Assembly (NCBI GenBank): GCA_965233585.1
Contig: CBDDTI010000745.1
Coordinates: forward strand, 128,001-192,000
Length of the DNA stretch: 64,000 bases
Reading direction: 5' to 3'
DNA from: a bacterium
Lineage (GTDB): Bacteria > SAR324 > NAC60-12
Positions 9,980-20,052 of the stretch are shown in pieces; position 1 is the first letter of the stretch, and each line of letters opens with the position of its first letter. The notes under the pieces are model-generated. The model saw nothing but the letters and a program-made list of their open reading frames with translations, searched no databases and was not told where the DNA came from. Made by a program: the position numbers and the translations under genes.

Positions 9980-10389
9980 TCACTGGCATTTATAATAGAT
10001 AGTAACTACTGTGGGTTCCTCGCCCAGTAACTTGAAATAATAAGATTTTTGTACTGTAGCCAATCTTGCAGAGGGAAAAATAGTGTATAGAACAAAAATT
10101 GTTCCCCACCCAATAGTCTCTAAAAACTGTATAACCTCTGTATCTTGATCAATATTCCTAGTGATAAGCAATAATGGATTTACCCCCAAGGAACCGATCG
10201 TAAAAAATTCACCATTTTTTTGTAAATTTTTAAGGGTATAGAAGGATCATCATTAATAATAAATTCGTTTTTGGTTAAATTCATAAAATCATCTCTATAG
10301 CTAGTACAAGATGCAATAAGTTGTTCTGCCATGACGTCAGTTGTTAAAGCAAATAAGCAAGTAAAAAACAAAACTGCAATTTTTCTCAT
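9980..10389 (-). pseudogene. Secreted protein gene split by a frameshift, most simply in an A7 tract
   Basis: Signal peptide MRKIAVLFFTCLFALTTDVMA; one extra A at ~10215-10221 joins ORFs 10180-10389 and 9980-10189 (YKKNGEFFTIGSLGVNP). Confidence 0.7.
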
Positions 10390-10521
10390 AACAAACTTCT
10401 AAATTTAAATGAATTGATAGTAAAAATTTTCCAAAAGATGTGAAAAACTGATGAAGGGTACACAAAACCAATCACTCCTGTCAATGCCTGAATTTAAAGT
10501 CTATGGCATTCGCAAAATGTG

Positions 10522-12552
10522 TCAAGACCTGATTTTCTGGGAGCAAAACACGGTGGCGTACAATCCGATTCCGATGAGGTAGCACCAGTTTTGATTGCCT
10601 AACCCGATAACAGGCGAGACAATGTTAGGTAAAAACATCAGGGGAATGATTGCAAACAGCAAGGCGCTTTCAAAAAGGTTGTTTCGTTTGATGAAGTAAC
10701 GTTGTGTCAGGCAAGAAAAGGCAAACATTCCAACAATGGCAGTTCCAAAGATGACAGCAATTCGGAAAGGGTCGGTTATCCAGACCCACGTTGAAGGTGA
10801 TGTTGGGACTCCCACACTTTCAATCAAAATGAGTTCATTGTTAAAAAAGAACATAAACGGTAAAATCGCTGTCCTTATGTCGTATGAAAAACCCTGTATT
10901 CCTGTTTTAATAGGTTCAGACCGAGCAATGCCACTTGCTGCATAAGCTGCTAATCCAACAGGAGGTGTGTCATCAGCTAAAATTCCAAAATAAAAGACAA
11001 ACAAATGTGCGGCAATCGCTGGCACGATGTAGCCGTTGTCTTCTGCTAAAATCAAAATGACAGGAGCTGTTAAACTTGCCATCACGATATAGTTGGCAGT
11101 TGTTGGCAATCCCATTCCCAAAATCAACGAGGTCACACCCGCTAAAATCAAGATTAAAATAATGTTGTTACCTGCAATCGCTTCTACCACTTCCACCAAG
11201 ACTTGACCGATGCCTGTGAGAGTGATTGAACCAATCACGATGCCTGCAATTCCTGTTGCCACAGCGATTGGAATTGAGTTTTTTGCCCCTGTCACGAATC
11301 CGTTTAAAATGTCATAAAAGCCTTGTAGAAAAAGTGCTTTGGTCAGAGGAGTTTTTGTGAGCAATGCTTTAATGGGGTGTTGAAGCAACATAATGAGTAG
11401 CAAGAACATAATCGCATTATATGCGGCTAGTGCTGTGGACTGCCTTGCAAACAAAAGGCTGTACAGGAGAAAGAAAATGGGGACTAGGTAATGGATTCCA
11501 CTCAAGAAGGTTTTGACAAATGCAGGTAATTGTTTGCGGTCCATGCCTTCTAATCCCAATTTTAAACTTTCCAAATGCACAATGTAAAAGAGCGCAAAAT
11601 AGGAGACGAAAGCAGGAATGAATGCAGAGATGATGACGTCAGAATAGGCAATGCCTAGAAATTCAGCAATGATGAATGCTGCCGCTCCCATAATCGGGGG
11701 CATCAACTGACCGTTGGTGCTTGCTGCCACTTCTACTGCTGCTGCTTTTTCAGGTGTGAAGCCTGTCTTTTTCATTAAAGGAATTGTGAACGTTCCTGTT
11801 GTGACAGTGTTCGCAATGGAACTTCCTGACATAATTCCAGTGAAACCACTTGCGACAACACTTGCTTTAGCTGGTCCTCCCCTGAACGTCCCAAGCAGCG
11901 CATAAGCTAAATCAATGAAGTATTTGCCTGCCCCTGCTTTGTCAATCAAAGCACCAAACAAAACAAACAAAAAAATAAATCCTGCAGACACTCCCAATGA
12001 CACACCAAAAATCCCTTCTGACGTTAAGAACAGATGCCCTGCTAATTTGTGAAGGCTTGCTCCTTTGTGTGCAATCATATCAGGAAAGTAGCGTCCAAAA
12101 AGGTCATACAAGATGAACACAATGGCAATACAGCTCAATGCCAATCCTAAAGAACGGCGACCTGCCTCCAACAAAATGACAATTCCTACTAAAGCAACAA
12201 CAATGTCAAGGGTGATGTAAGCCCCTGGACGCAGCGAAAGCTCTTCGTAAAAAATGGCAATATACAGCATGACCATTGAGGCAACAACTGCCATGATGAA
12301 GTCATACCAAGGAATGCGATGAAGTAACTGAGTGTTTTTGTAGAGAGGATAAAGCAAAAATGCTAAGAAAATAGCAAAAGCAATATGAATGGAACGAATG
12401 ATGTCATTGGTGATGGGTGCTAAAACGACAAACAGCTGAAAACAAGACCAGACCAATGCAACACCAGAAGTCAGCCAAAACTCATAAGATTGAGGTTGAA
12501 AACTCCTGACACCCTCTAATTCAGTGAGTAATTGTTCCTCTTTCTGTTCCAT
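10522..12552 (-). CDS. TAXI-TRAP fused 4TM/12TM permease
   Basis: RGGPAKASV, SGSSIANTVTTG, GQLMPPIMGAAAF, GMGLPTTANY, DDTPPVGLA. Confidence 0.93.
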   Translation of the reverse strand: MEQKEEQLLTELEGVRSFQPQSYEFWLTSGVALVWSCFQLFVVLAPITNDIIRSIHIAFAIFLAFLLYPLYKNTQLLHRIPWYDFIMAVVASMVMLYIAIFYEELSLRPGAYITLDIVVALVGIVILLEAGRRSLGLALSCIAIVFILYDLFGRYFPDMIAHKGASLHKLAGHLFLTSEGIFGVSLGVSAGFIFLFVLFGALIDKAGAGKYFIDLAYALLGTFRGGPAKASVVASGFTGIMSGSSIANTVTTGTFTIPLMKKTGFTPEKAAAVEVAASTNGQLMPPIMGAAAFIIAEFLGIAYSDVIISAFIPAFVSYFALFYIVHLESLKLGLEGMDRKQLPAFVKTFLSGIHYLVPIFFLLYSLLFARQSTALAAYNAIMFLLLIMLLQHPIKALLTKTPLTKALFLQGFYDILNGFVTGAKNSIPIAVATGIAGIVIGSITLTGIGQVLVEVVEAIAGNNIILILILAGVTSLILGMGLPTTANYIVMASLTAPVILILAEDNGYIVPAIAAHLFVFYFGILADDTPPVGLAAYAASGIARSEPIKTGIQGFSYDIRTAILPFMFFFNNELILIESVGVPTSPSTWVWITDPFRIAVIFGTAIVGMFAFSCLTQRYFIKRNNLFESALLFAIIPLMFLPNIVSPVIGLGNQNWCYLIGIGLYATVFCSQKIRS

Positions 12553-12565
12553 TGGTTTTTTGTGG

Positions 12566-12805
12566 TTAGGAAAATTCTAAAATTGGAATGGCATCATTTC
12601 CTCCTGCCGTAGCTTTTGGAAGAGGTTGACCATCTGCTTGATAGAGTGCAATGATTTCTTCAACCATTTGACATAGCTCCGCAAAAACTTGGTATTCATC
12701 TGTTCCATGGCATCCTCCATAAAAAAGCCCGGGGCAACTTCCTATAAAACATTGATCTTTTTCCGACCACTCCACAATTTTGATGTAATTCAAACTTGAT
12801 TTCAT
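12566..12805 (-). CDS. hicB: HicB-like antitoxin (short form)
   Basis: IVEWSEKDQCFIGSCPGL..GCHG...PLP; overlaps hicA stop. Confidence 0.85.
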   Translation of the reverse strand: MKSSLNYIKIVEWSEKDQCFIGSCPGLFYGGCHGTDEYQVFAELCQMVEEIIALYQADGQPLPKATAGGNDAIPILEFS

Positions 12806-12999
12806 TTTTTTGCTTCCTGAATCGCTAGTTTCACTGCTTTTTCTTGATAATGTTTTGCATCGGCATTCAGATTTCCAGATATAGTAATAGGCATGGAAAC
12901 TTTGATGTGGGTGAAATTTCTATGACTTCCTTTGCCTCCTCTATTGACAAAACCTGCCTGTTCTAAATCTGTAATCAATTCTCTAACCTTACGAGGCAT
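12802..12999 (-). CDS. hicA: HicA mRNA interferase toxin
   Basis: 65 aa; LEQAGF...GKGSHRNF HicA signature. Confidence 0.9.
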   Translation of the reverse strand: MPRKVRELITDLEQAGFVNRGGKGSHRNFTHIKVSMPITISGNLNADAKHYQEKAVKLAIQEAKK

Positions 13000-13038
13000 C
13001 GCTCCAATACAACAAGTAATGAATGTTTTGTCTTTCCT

Positions 13039-13241
13039 TTAATACGAACAATAAGTACTACCAAAAAAAACTCTATAAATCTGTCCGTCCGAACCTTTAT
13101 AAGTTCCTATATATCCATGTTGTAACCATATTTTCCCCAATCACAACTAATTAGTGTGGCGTACATTCCACCTATAGTATATGCTTGCAATGATACTGCA
13201 GTAAGCCAGCAGATAAAAAATAAACTCACAATTTTTTTCAT
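13039..13241 (-). pseudogene. Small secreted Tyr/Gly-rich protein gene with 1-bp frameshift
   Basis: MKKIVSLFFICWLTAVSLQA signal, then ATLISCDWGKYGY / HGYIGTYKGSDGQIYRVFFGSTYCSY*; 203 bp, one base short of 68 codons. Confidence 0.7.
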
Positions 13242-13289
13242 AATGTACCCTAAAAAATTTAAATCATAACGTTAAGTCATTGTAAAATA

Positions 13290-13309
13290 CCTCCCTAGTC
13301 ATAGGGAGG
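13290..13309 (-). terminator. Hairpin after TAXI binding-protein gene
   Basis: CCTCCCTA-gtca-TAGGGAGG perfect inverted repeat. Confidence 0.65.
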
Positions 13310-13330
13310 TTGTTCAAAACAAGAAGTCAA

Positions 13331-14275
13331 CTAAAGTAACCCTTGTTCTTCATAATACTTTTTAGCTCCATCATGGAGGGGAGCGCTCAAGCCTTCAAGC
13401 AAAGACTTTTTGGTGATTTTAGAATAGGCAGGGTGCAGTTTTTTGAAGGAGTCAAAATCATTTAAAATCGCTTTGGTGATGGTGTAAACAGCATGGTCGC
13501 TCGTGTTAGTGCTAGAGACTAATACTGCTTTGACCCCAAAACTTTCTACATCGTTAGAAATCCCCTTATACAAACCACCTGCAATGACTCCTTTGGCATA
13601 GTAAGGATACTTCTTGATTAGACCATCTACTGTCTTTCCTACGATTGGCACGATTCTAATTGGTGTGGAGTTTGCCGCATCTTTGAGATTAGCTGCAGGG
13701 TGTCCAACAATGAAAAAATAGCCGTCAATTTTTTGGTCTCTTAACGCATCAGGTGCTTCAGATGACCTCAAACTTCCTGCTAGCTTTAAATCATCTTCAA
13801 CAATTCCATATTCTTTGAGCAAGATTTTGGAAGTTGCCCGTGTTCCACTACCGAAGTTGTCAAGGTTAATTTTTTTCCCTTTCACATCTTCAATCTTACG
13901 AATCCCAGACCTTTGACTTGCAACAAAAGTCACAATTTCAGGATAAATTGCCATGACAGACCTTAAACCTTTGTAAGGCTTTCCCTCAAATTTTCCTGTC
14001 CCTTGATGTGCCTGATACACAACATCACTTTGTGCCATTCCCAAATCAAGCTCTTTTGATTTGATGTTGTTGATGTTGTAAACTGAACCACCTGTTGACT
14101 CAACACCGCATCGGACTTTGGACTCCTTTTTGTACTTGTTGACCAAACGGCAAACCGCCCCACCAGTAGGATAATACGTTCCCGTCACCCCACCCGTTCC
14201 AATCGTCACAAATTCAATGGCAAATGCAGGCAGAACAAACCCCAACATTGAAACCAAACTCACTATTCTCTTCAT
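13331..14275 (-). CDS. TAXI family TRAP solute-binding protein
   Basis: IGTGGVTGTYYPTGG, STGGSVYN, GSGT, PLHDGAKKYYEE. Confidence 0.95.
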   Translation of the reverse strand: MKRIVSLVSMLGFVLPAFAIEFVTIGTGGVTGTYYPTGGAVCRLVNKYKKESKVRCGVESTGGSVYNINNIKSKELDLGMAQSDVVYQAHQGTGKFEGKPYKGLRSVMAIYPEIVTFVASQRSGIRKIEDVKGKKINLDNFGSGTRATSKILLKEYGIVEDDLKLAGSLRSSEAPDALRDQKIDGYFFIVGHPAANLKDAANSTPIRIVPIVGKTVDGLIKKYPYYAKGVIAGGLYKGISNDVESFGVKAVLVSSTNTSDHAVYTITKAILNDFDSFKKLHPAYSKITKKSLLEGLSAPLHDGAKKYYEEQGLL

Positions 14276-14295
14276 TATGAACTCCTAAATTGAAA

Positions 14296-14395
14296 TGAAT
14301 TGACCATCAAAATCTTCCACAGAATTATGAAAGATTTGGCAAGGATACACAAAACTCATCACTTATGCAAGTCTTTTTTTTAATCTTTGTGAGAT
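14296..14395 (-). promoter_or_regulatory. Repeated promoter module, copy A
   Basis: Minus strand TTGCAT (14365-14370)-N17-TATCCT (14342-14347); near-identical to copies B and C. Confidence 0.7.
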
Positions 14396-14532
14396 TTAGT
14401 CTTGAACTAGCTTTTTGAACTAGCATTGATGACAAATCAAATGATTAAAGTTTTTGTGTAAACCAGTGATTTTTTCAGGGATCCAAACTGCATTGCCAAG
14501 ACAATGAGTTTGCCCCCCTTCAAAGACTTGAC

Positions 14533-15618
14533 TCAACCGTAGCGATACGGACGACCTGCTTTTTCCATATCAGCGTTGTATTGTTTGATGATTTTGACAA
14601 TTTTCGCTTTGGTTTCTGATTCTTCAGCAATTTCGTCCCAGAACTTATAAGCGGCTTGTTCTACTTGACTCCATTCTTCATCAGGGATACTTGTGAGTTT
14701 CATCTTTGTCCCGTTGACTCGCAATGCTGCCTCACCTCCCCAATACCACCATTGACGGTAATAGTGAGAGCTATCCATCGTCACTTTTAAAAGTTCTTTC
14801 AAGTGTTCAGGCAGTTCTTCATAACGTTCCATATTGGCAAAGAAAGAGCCTACCCAAGCCCCTGAAATGTTATTTGTGAGAAAGTAATCCGTCACATCTG
14901 CCCAGCCAACTGTGTAGTCTTCAGTGATTCCAGACCAAGCAATTCCGTCTAATTCTCCCGTTTGTACAGCGACTTCAATGTCTTCCCAAGGCAAGGTGAC
15001 AGGCACGACTCCAAATTGGCTAAGGAAACGTCCTGCTGTAGGAAAGGTAAAAACACGTTTGCCTTTGAGGTCTGCTAAACGATAAATTGGTTCTTTAGTC
15101 GCAAAATGACAAGGGTCCCAAGAACCTGCAGAAATATGTTTGATTCCCACTTTGCTATATTCTTCTTGCCAAATTTCATTGAGTCCATACTGATTGAAAA
15201 GCACTGGCACATCTAAGGAATAACGTGAGGCAAAGGGAAAGTATCCTCCAAATACCGTCACCTCCGTAGGAGACGCCATAGAATCATCATCAGATTGAAC
15301 AGCATCAATGGTGCCGCGTTGCATGGCACGGAACAATTCACCAGTGGGAACTAATTGGTCAGCAAAGTACAACTTGATTTCCATTTCATCACCAGCAATT
15401 TTATTGAAACTTTCAATAGCAGGTTTGATGACGTGTTCTGCCAAAGATGCCCCAGCGTAAGTTTGCAATCGCCAAGTAATTTTTGATTTTGCAATGGCAG
15501 GAGAGGCAATGCTTGTCCCCACTGCAGTTGCTGCCGCAACTCCCGTTCCTTTCACAAAATTTCTTCTTGTGACAAGGTCGTTTTTTTTGGTATCGCTACT
15601 TTTGATTGAATCACTCAT
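14533..15618 (-). CDS. dctP: DctP-type TRAP solute-binding protein with Tat signal
   Basis: TRRNFVK twin-arginine leader, WRLQT, DLKGKR, next to dctQ/dctM. Confidence 0.92.
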   Translation of the reverse strand: MSDSIKSSDTKKNDLVTRRNFVKGTGVAAATAVGTSIASPAIAKSKITWRLQTYAGASLAEHVIKPAIESFNKIAGDEMEIKLYFADQLVPTGELFRAMQRGTIDAVQSDDDSMASPTEVTVFGGYFPFASRYSLDVPVLFNQYGLNEIWQEEYSKVGIKHISAGSWDPCHFATKEPIYRLADLKGKRVFTFPTAGRFLSQFGVVPVTLPWEDIEVAVQTGELDGIAWSGITEDYTVGWADVTDYFLTNNISGAWVGSFFANMERYEELPEHLKELLKVTMDSSHYYRQWWYWGGEAALRVNGTKMKLTSIPDEEWSQVEQAAYKFWDEIAEESETKAKIVKIIKQYNADMEKAGRPYRYG

Positions 15619-15822
15619 AATTTTCCTTTTGAGCTAAAAGTTTAAAAAAAGTGTCACAACTGAAACACTGATGTAACACGAAAAATAACAACATTTTGAA
15701 AGATCCTATTTCAGTCTCTGTGAGTTAAGAGTCTTTGCACAACCCACTTCAAATGATTGACTGCGTCTTCCCTGTCAGGTACGAAAAGGGTGCAAATCTG
15801 TTTCAGTCAACATGACTTCCAG

Positions 15823-17145
15823 CTATCTGCCGTAGAATTGTTCTGGTAGCCAAAGAGCAATTTGTGGAAAAATCATCACTAAGGCTAAAGCAACAATCAT
15901 AATCACGACAAATGGACTAATAGAAGCATAAATATCTCTAATGGTGATGCTTGGTGGTGCCATAGCACGCATCAAAAAAAGATTGTATCCAAAAGGGGGC
16001 GTCATGTAAGCAATTTGTGTGGTAATGGTATAAAGCACTCCGTACCATACTAGGTCAAAACCCAGTACCTTGACCAAAGGAATGTATAAAGGCGCTACGA
16101 TGACCAACATGGCAGTATCGTCCAAGAAAGTCCCCATGATGATAAAACTCAGCTGCATCAGAATTAAAATCATCCAAGGGTTAAGTTCTAATTGCTGTGT
16201 GAAGAATATTTCAATAGCCCGCACTGCCCCTAATCCATCAAAAACTGCCCCAAAGCCTAAAGCTGCCAAAATGATCCACATGAACATACAAGAAATCCCT
16301 AAAGTTTGCTTGAGACAAGTTTGAAACACTTCTTTTGTCATACGTCTTTTGACAAAGGCAGTGAGTAATGAAGCTAATGCGCCAATGGCAGATGCTTCAA
16401 CCAAAGAAGCCCAACCGTTGATAAAAGGGACAATCATCACAGCAAAGATTCCAATCGGTAATAAACCAGCTTGAAGCAGTTTTATTTTTTCAGACCAAGA
16501 CACTTGACGATGTTCTGAACTCATTGCAGGAGCTAAGTGGGGGTAAATTTTGCAAATGACTGCAATGTAGATGATAAACATGGCTGCCATCATCAAACCC
16601 GGAAGTATTCCAGCTAACCATAATTGACTTACAGGTTGACGAGCAATCATCGCATACAAAACCAACACCACTGACGGAGGCACAAGAATCCCCAAAGAAG
16701 AACCTGCTTGAATGACACCAGTCACCATGCGCTTATTGTAACCACGCCTTAGTAATTCTGGTAAAGCGATGGTTGAACCAATAGCCATACCTGCCACAGA
16801 AAGTCCATTCATCGCAGAAATCAAAACCATCAAAAGGATCGTGCCAATGGCTAAGCCTCCATTCAAAGGTCCCATCCAGACATGCAACATTTTGTACAAA
16901 TCATCAGCAATCTTAGTTTCTGAAAGCACATAGCCCATGAAAATAAAGAGAGGCAACGTCAACAAAGGGTACCACTTCATCAATTTCATGGCTGCAGAAA
17001 AAGGAAGACTACTGCCTCCAGTCCCCCACAACAACAAGGCTGCAATCGCAGCAGTGAAACCAATTGCTCCAAAAACACGTTGCCCTGTGAATAAAAGAAG
17101 CATCATGCAAGAGAACATGAAAATGGCTATCATTTCATAGGACAC
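15823..17145 (-). CDS. dctM: TRAP large permease
   Basis: LGILVPPSVVLVLY, TPPFGYNLF. Confidence 0.93.
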   Translation of the reverse strand: MSYEMIAIFMFSCMMLLLFTGQRVFGAIGFTAAIAALLLWGTGGSSLPFSAAMKLMKWYPLLTLPLFIFMGYVLSETKIADDLYKMLHVWMGPLNGGLAIGTILLMVLISAMNGLSVAGMAIGSTIALPELLRRGYNKRMVTGVIQAGSSLGILVPPSVVLVLYAMIARQPVSQLWLAGILPGLMMAAMFIIYIAVICKIYPHLAPAMSSEHRQVSWSEKIKLLQAGLLPIGIFAVMIVPFINGWASLVEASAIGALASLLTAFVKRRMTKEVFQTCLKQTLGISCMFMWIILAALGFGAVFDGLGAVRAIEIFFTQQLELNPWMILILMQLSFIIMGTFLDDTAMLVIVAPLYIPLVKVLGFDLVWYGVLYTITTQIAYMTPPFGYNLFLMRAMAPPSITIRDIYASISPFVVIMIVALALVMIFPQIALWLPEQFYGR

Positions 17146-17663
17146 ACCATCTCCTTTCCATAGAGTTTGTAAACATCTTTAATGAAAATTGCAATAGCTT
17201 GCAAGATCATCAAAAAGATACCAAGAACCATAATGATTTTGATTGGGTACAAATAAGGACGCCATGCCGTAGCGCTTCGTTCATTGTATTCTAAAGCGTA
17301 CATGGTGCTGTCTATTGCGCCGTAAAACAAAACACCTAGATAAAAAATCATAAAAAAAATAGTCATGCAGTCTAGTTTAATCTTGTTCCGTTCTGAAAGT
17401 TTTTCATAAAAAACGTCCATACGAACGTTAGCGTTCATTTGCAAGGCGTAAGGACCTCCTAAAATATAATAAGCCACCATCGCAAACTGCGCCATTTCCA
17501 AAGTCCAAAGAGAAGGCACAAAAAAAGTTTTAGAGACAGAAGACCACACCAAAATGAGAAGCATGACAAAAATACCATAGCCCACCCATTTCCCAATGAG
17601 TTGATTCAGCTTGTCAACAACTTGAACATAAAAACAAAAAAATTGATTCATCAAATCACTCAA
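17130..17663 (-). CDS. dctQ: TRAP small permease
   Basis: Four hydrophobic segments, NVRMDVFY motif, adjacent to dctM. Confidence 0.9.
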   Translation of the reverse strand: MSDLMNQFFCFYVQVVDKLNQLIGKWVGYGIFVMLLILVWSSVSKTFFVPSLWTLEMAQFAMVAYYILGGPYALQMNANVRMDVFYEKLSERNKIKLDCMTIFFMIFYLGVLFYGAIDSTMYALEYNERSATAWRPYLYPIKIIMVLGIFLMILQAIAIFIKDVYKLYGKEMVCPMK

Positions 17664-17743
17664 TAAATTGTAATTGCCTCATCATCTAAAAAAAGATTAA
17701 AAAAATCAAATCATTCAGCTCAAAGTATAAAAACTCTTTCGCA

Positions 17744-19180
17744 TCAAATAATCTCAAAATAACGTTGCAAATGCCAAATTTCTTTTTGTTGTTTTTCAAA
17801 CCCTGCTTTGTCAGTTGAAAGACTATTGGAGTTTGTCATAGATTCCAAAAATTTTTGCTGTCGTGTCTCTTCCCAGAGTCGGGTGTAAGCAAAATGTTTA
17901 ACAAAGGGAGTTCCAAACCACTCATGCGCCATTTCAGATTGAAGCAAAAGTTCAGCAGCTTGTGTTAAAGAACTGGAAAGTTTCAGCTCTTGAGGAAACT
18001 TTTGAGCGTAGGCATTGCCAGCAACGGGAGAAGAAGGGTTTATTTTGTTCTTGATTCCCCACAATCCAGAGGCGATGGCAGCAGAAAGAGCAAGATACGG
18101 ATTCATGTCTGCACCAGCTATGCGATACTCTACCCGTTGAGAAGCAGCTGAACCAGTGATTGCACGTAAAGCACAGGTTCTATTTTCAATGCCCCACGTT
18201 GCGTCGGTTGGCGCCCAAAACCCCGGAATAAGACGTGTGTAACTATTGCAGTTGGAAGCGACTAAAGCAAGCAGTTCTGGCATCAGTTTTTGTTGTCCTC
18301 CAATAAACCAAAGCATTTCTTGGGAAAGCGTCCCGTCAGTTGATTCATCATAAAAGACAGGCTTTTCATCATGGTCTTGGAGAGAGAGATGCAAATGTCC
18401 AGATTGTCCGGGGTAGATTGGCGACCATTTTGCCATGAAGGTTGCCATCATCTCTTGTTTCTGTGCCAGAACTTTCGTAAAAGTTTTAAACAAGGTCGCA
18501 TCGTCTGCCGCTTTGAGTGCTGGCTGATACTTCAATGCCGCCTCTATCACTCCGGGACCAGTTTCTGTATGAATGCCTTCTAAAGGCATGTTCATCTCCT
18601 GACAAAGATCCATCAAATCATGGTAAAACGCATCATGTACTGACGAACGCAAAACGGAGTAGCCAAACATTCCCGGTGTGAACGTTTTAAGGTTTTGGTA
18701 GTTTTTTCCTCGCACACTTTCAACAGTTTCTTGAAAAAGAAAAAACTCAAATTCTGCAGAAGCCAACACCCTAAACCCCGTAGATTCTGCTTGCTTTAAA
18801 ACCCTTTTGAGCAAGGAACGTGGACACACTTCTGCAGCAGAACTTTCTGAAAAGTCAGCCAGACAAAGCGGGGTCATCTTTTTCTCCAAAGGAAGCATTC
18901 GGCAGGTTGTCAAATCCAAAGTCGCCCAAGCATCAGGGAATCCTTTTTGCCAGCCCGTAAAAGAGTCTTGCTCGTAAAGCTCATCAGCACTATCCCAACC
19001 AAAAATCACATCGCAAAAACCCAGACCTTTTTGAACAGCAGAAAGGAATTTTTCAGAACTCACATACTTCCCACGCAAAACTCCATCTAAATCAGTGATT
19101 GCTAGCTTCACTCTGTCAATCGCTTGTTGTTCCAAAAACGTTGCCGCTTCTTCAACAGTTTTTAATTCAAGTGGAATCAT
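17744..19180 (-). CDS. Glutamine synthetase-like gamma-glutamyl-amine ligase
   Basis: DLDGVLRGK, EFEFFLF, HTETGPG, SGHLHLSL, WGIENR, EYRIAGADMNPY; catabolic neighbours. Confidence 0.88.
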   Translation of the reverse strand: MIPLELKTVEEAATFLEQQAIDRVKLAITDLDGVLRGKYVSSEKFLSAVQKGLGFCDVIFGWDSADELYEQDSFTGWQKGFPDAWATLDLTTCRMLPLEKKMTPLCLADFSESSAAEVCPRSLLKRVLKQAESTGFRVLASAEFEFFLFQETVESVRGKNYQNLKTFTPGMFGYSVLRSSVHDAFYHDLMDLCQEMNMPLEGIHTETGPGVIEAALKYQPALKAADDATLFKTFTKVLAQKQEMMATFMAKWSPIYPGQSGHLHLSLQDHDEKPVFYDESTDGTLSQEMLWFIGGQQKLMPELLALVASNCNSYTRLIPGFWAPTDATWGIENRTCALRAITGSAASQRVEYRIAGADMNPYLALSAAIASGLWGIKNKINPSSPVAGNAYAQKFPQELKLSSSLTQAAELLLQSEMAHEWFGTPFVKHFAYTRLWEETRQQKFLESMTNSNSLSTDKAGFEKQQKEIWHLQRYFEII

Positions 19181-19189
19181 AAGAATTTT

Positions 19190-20008
19190 TTAAGTCATTT
19201 GAGTAGTGGTCATTGATGACATAGTGAAGTGCAACCAATTTCTGATTTCAACACTATGTTGTGGATAATGAAGAACCTCTTCAGGTAGATTGATTTCTTT
19301 TTGAAGGTTTTGCATGAAGTCTTCTATTCCTTCATCGGTGTCCATGTGTTGTTCTGTCAAAGTGTTCCCCATCTCTTTCAAAAGACCAAGCATGTCTTGA
19401 CATTGAAACTCGGGATGATACTGCACCCCTACAAAAACCCCTCCTTCAAATTCTATTTGTGCCGCTTGAACTGAACTATGTTGATTGCTTGCTAGTACAG
19501 TAGAACGTGCAGGGAGCTTTTCCACTTCGTCATAATGAACACAGAAACTTTGAAAGTTATCAGAACGTTTCTTCAAAAGAAAATGCTTTTTCCCTTTATC
19601 AGTTAATTTGATAGGAGTCGTGATTCCTATTTCAATGCCATTTGGTGAATCTCTTACTTGACCTCCTGCTGCCACTGTTGCCACTTGTAGCCCCCAACAA
19701 CTTCCGTAAAACGGAACGTGACTTTTAAAAACATCTTGAGCAAATTCAATTTGACGCAAGACCTCTGTTTTTTGATCCATCACACGCAGAGATGAGCCTG
19801 TCCACAAGACTCCAGTATATTGTTGCAATTCACGCACTGAGGGCAATTTGAAGTCAAGCTGTGCAGGAAAAGCAACATCAATCGCCGCATGAGGCACTTC
19901 TTCCATGACCAAATTGGAGAACTGCTGATGATAAACAGTTCGTTGCAAGGTCTGCATCTCCTTCAACCTAGCAGGAGTCTGTCCCTCTACTATTAAAAAT
20001 TTTTTCAT
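19190..20008 (-). CDS. Class I glutamine amidotransferase-like protein, putative gamma-glutamyl hydrolase
   Basis: GSCWGLQ nucleophile motif, QYHPE. Confidence 0.85.
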   Translation of the reverse strand: MKKFLIVEGQTPARLKEMQTLQRTVYHQQFSNLVMEEVPHAAIDVAFPAQLDFKLPSVRELQQYTGVLWTGSSLRVMDQKTEVLRQIEFAQDVFKSHVPFYGSCWGLQVATVAAGGQVRDSPNGIEIGITTPIKLTDKGKKHFLLKKRSDNFQSFCVHYDEVEKLPARSTVLASNQHSSVQAAQIEFEGGVFVGVQYHPEFQCQDMLGLLKEMGNTLTEQHMDTDEGIEDFMQNLQKEINLPEEVLHYPQHSVEIRNWLHFTMSSMTTTQMT

Positions 20009-20052
20009 TCTATTACTAAAAATTTTTGCATTCGGTGGATTGACCTGCTTTT

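Noticed and set aside
12553..12572. TCCTAAC at the hicB stop as an attC remnant
   Set aside because: Only 7 bp with no hairpin or second box; could be chance
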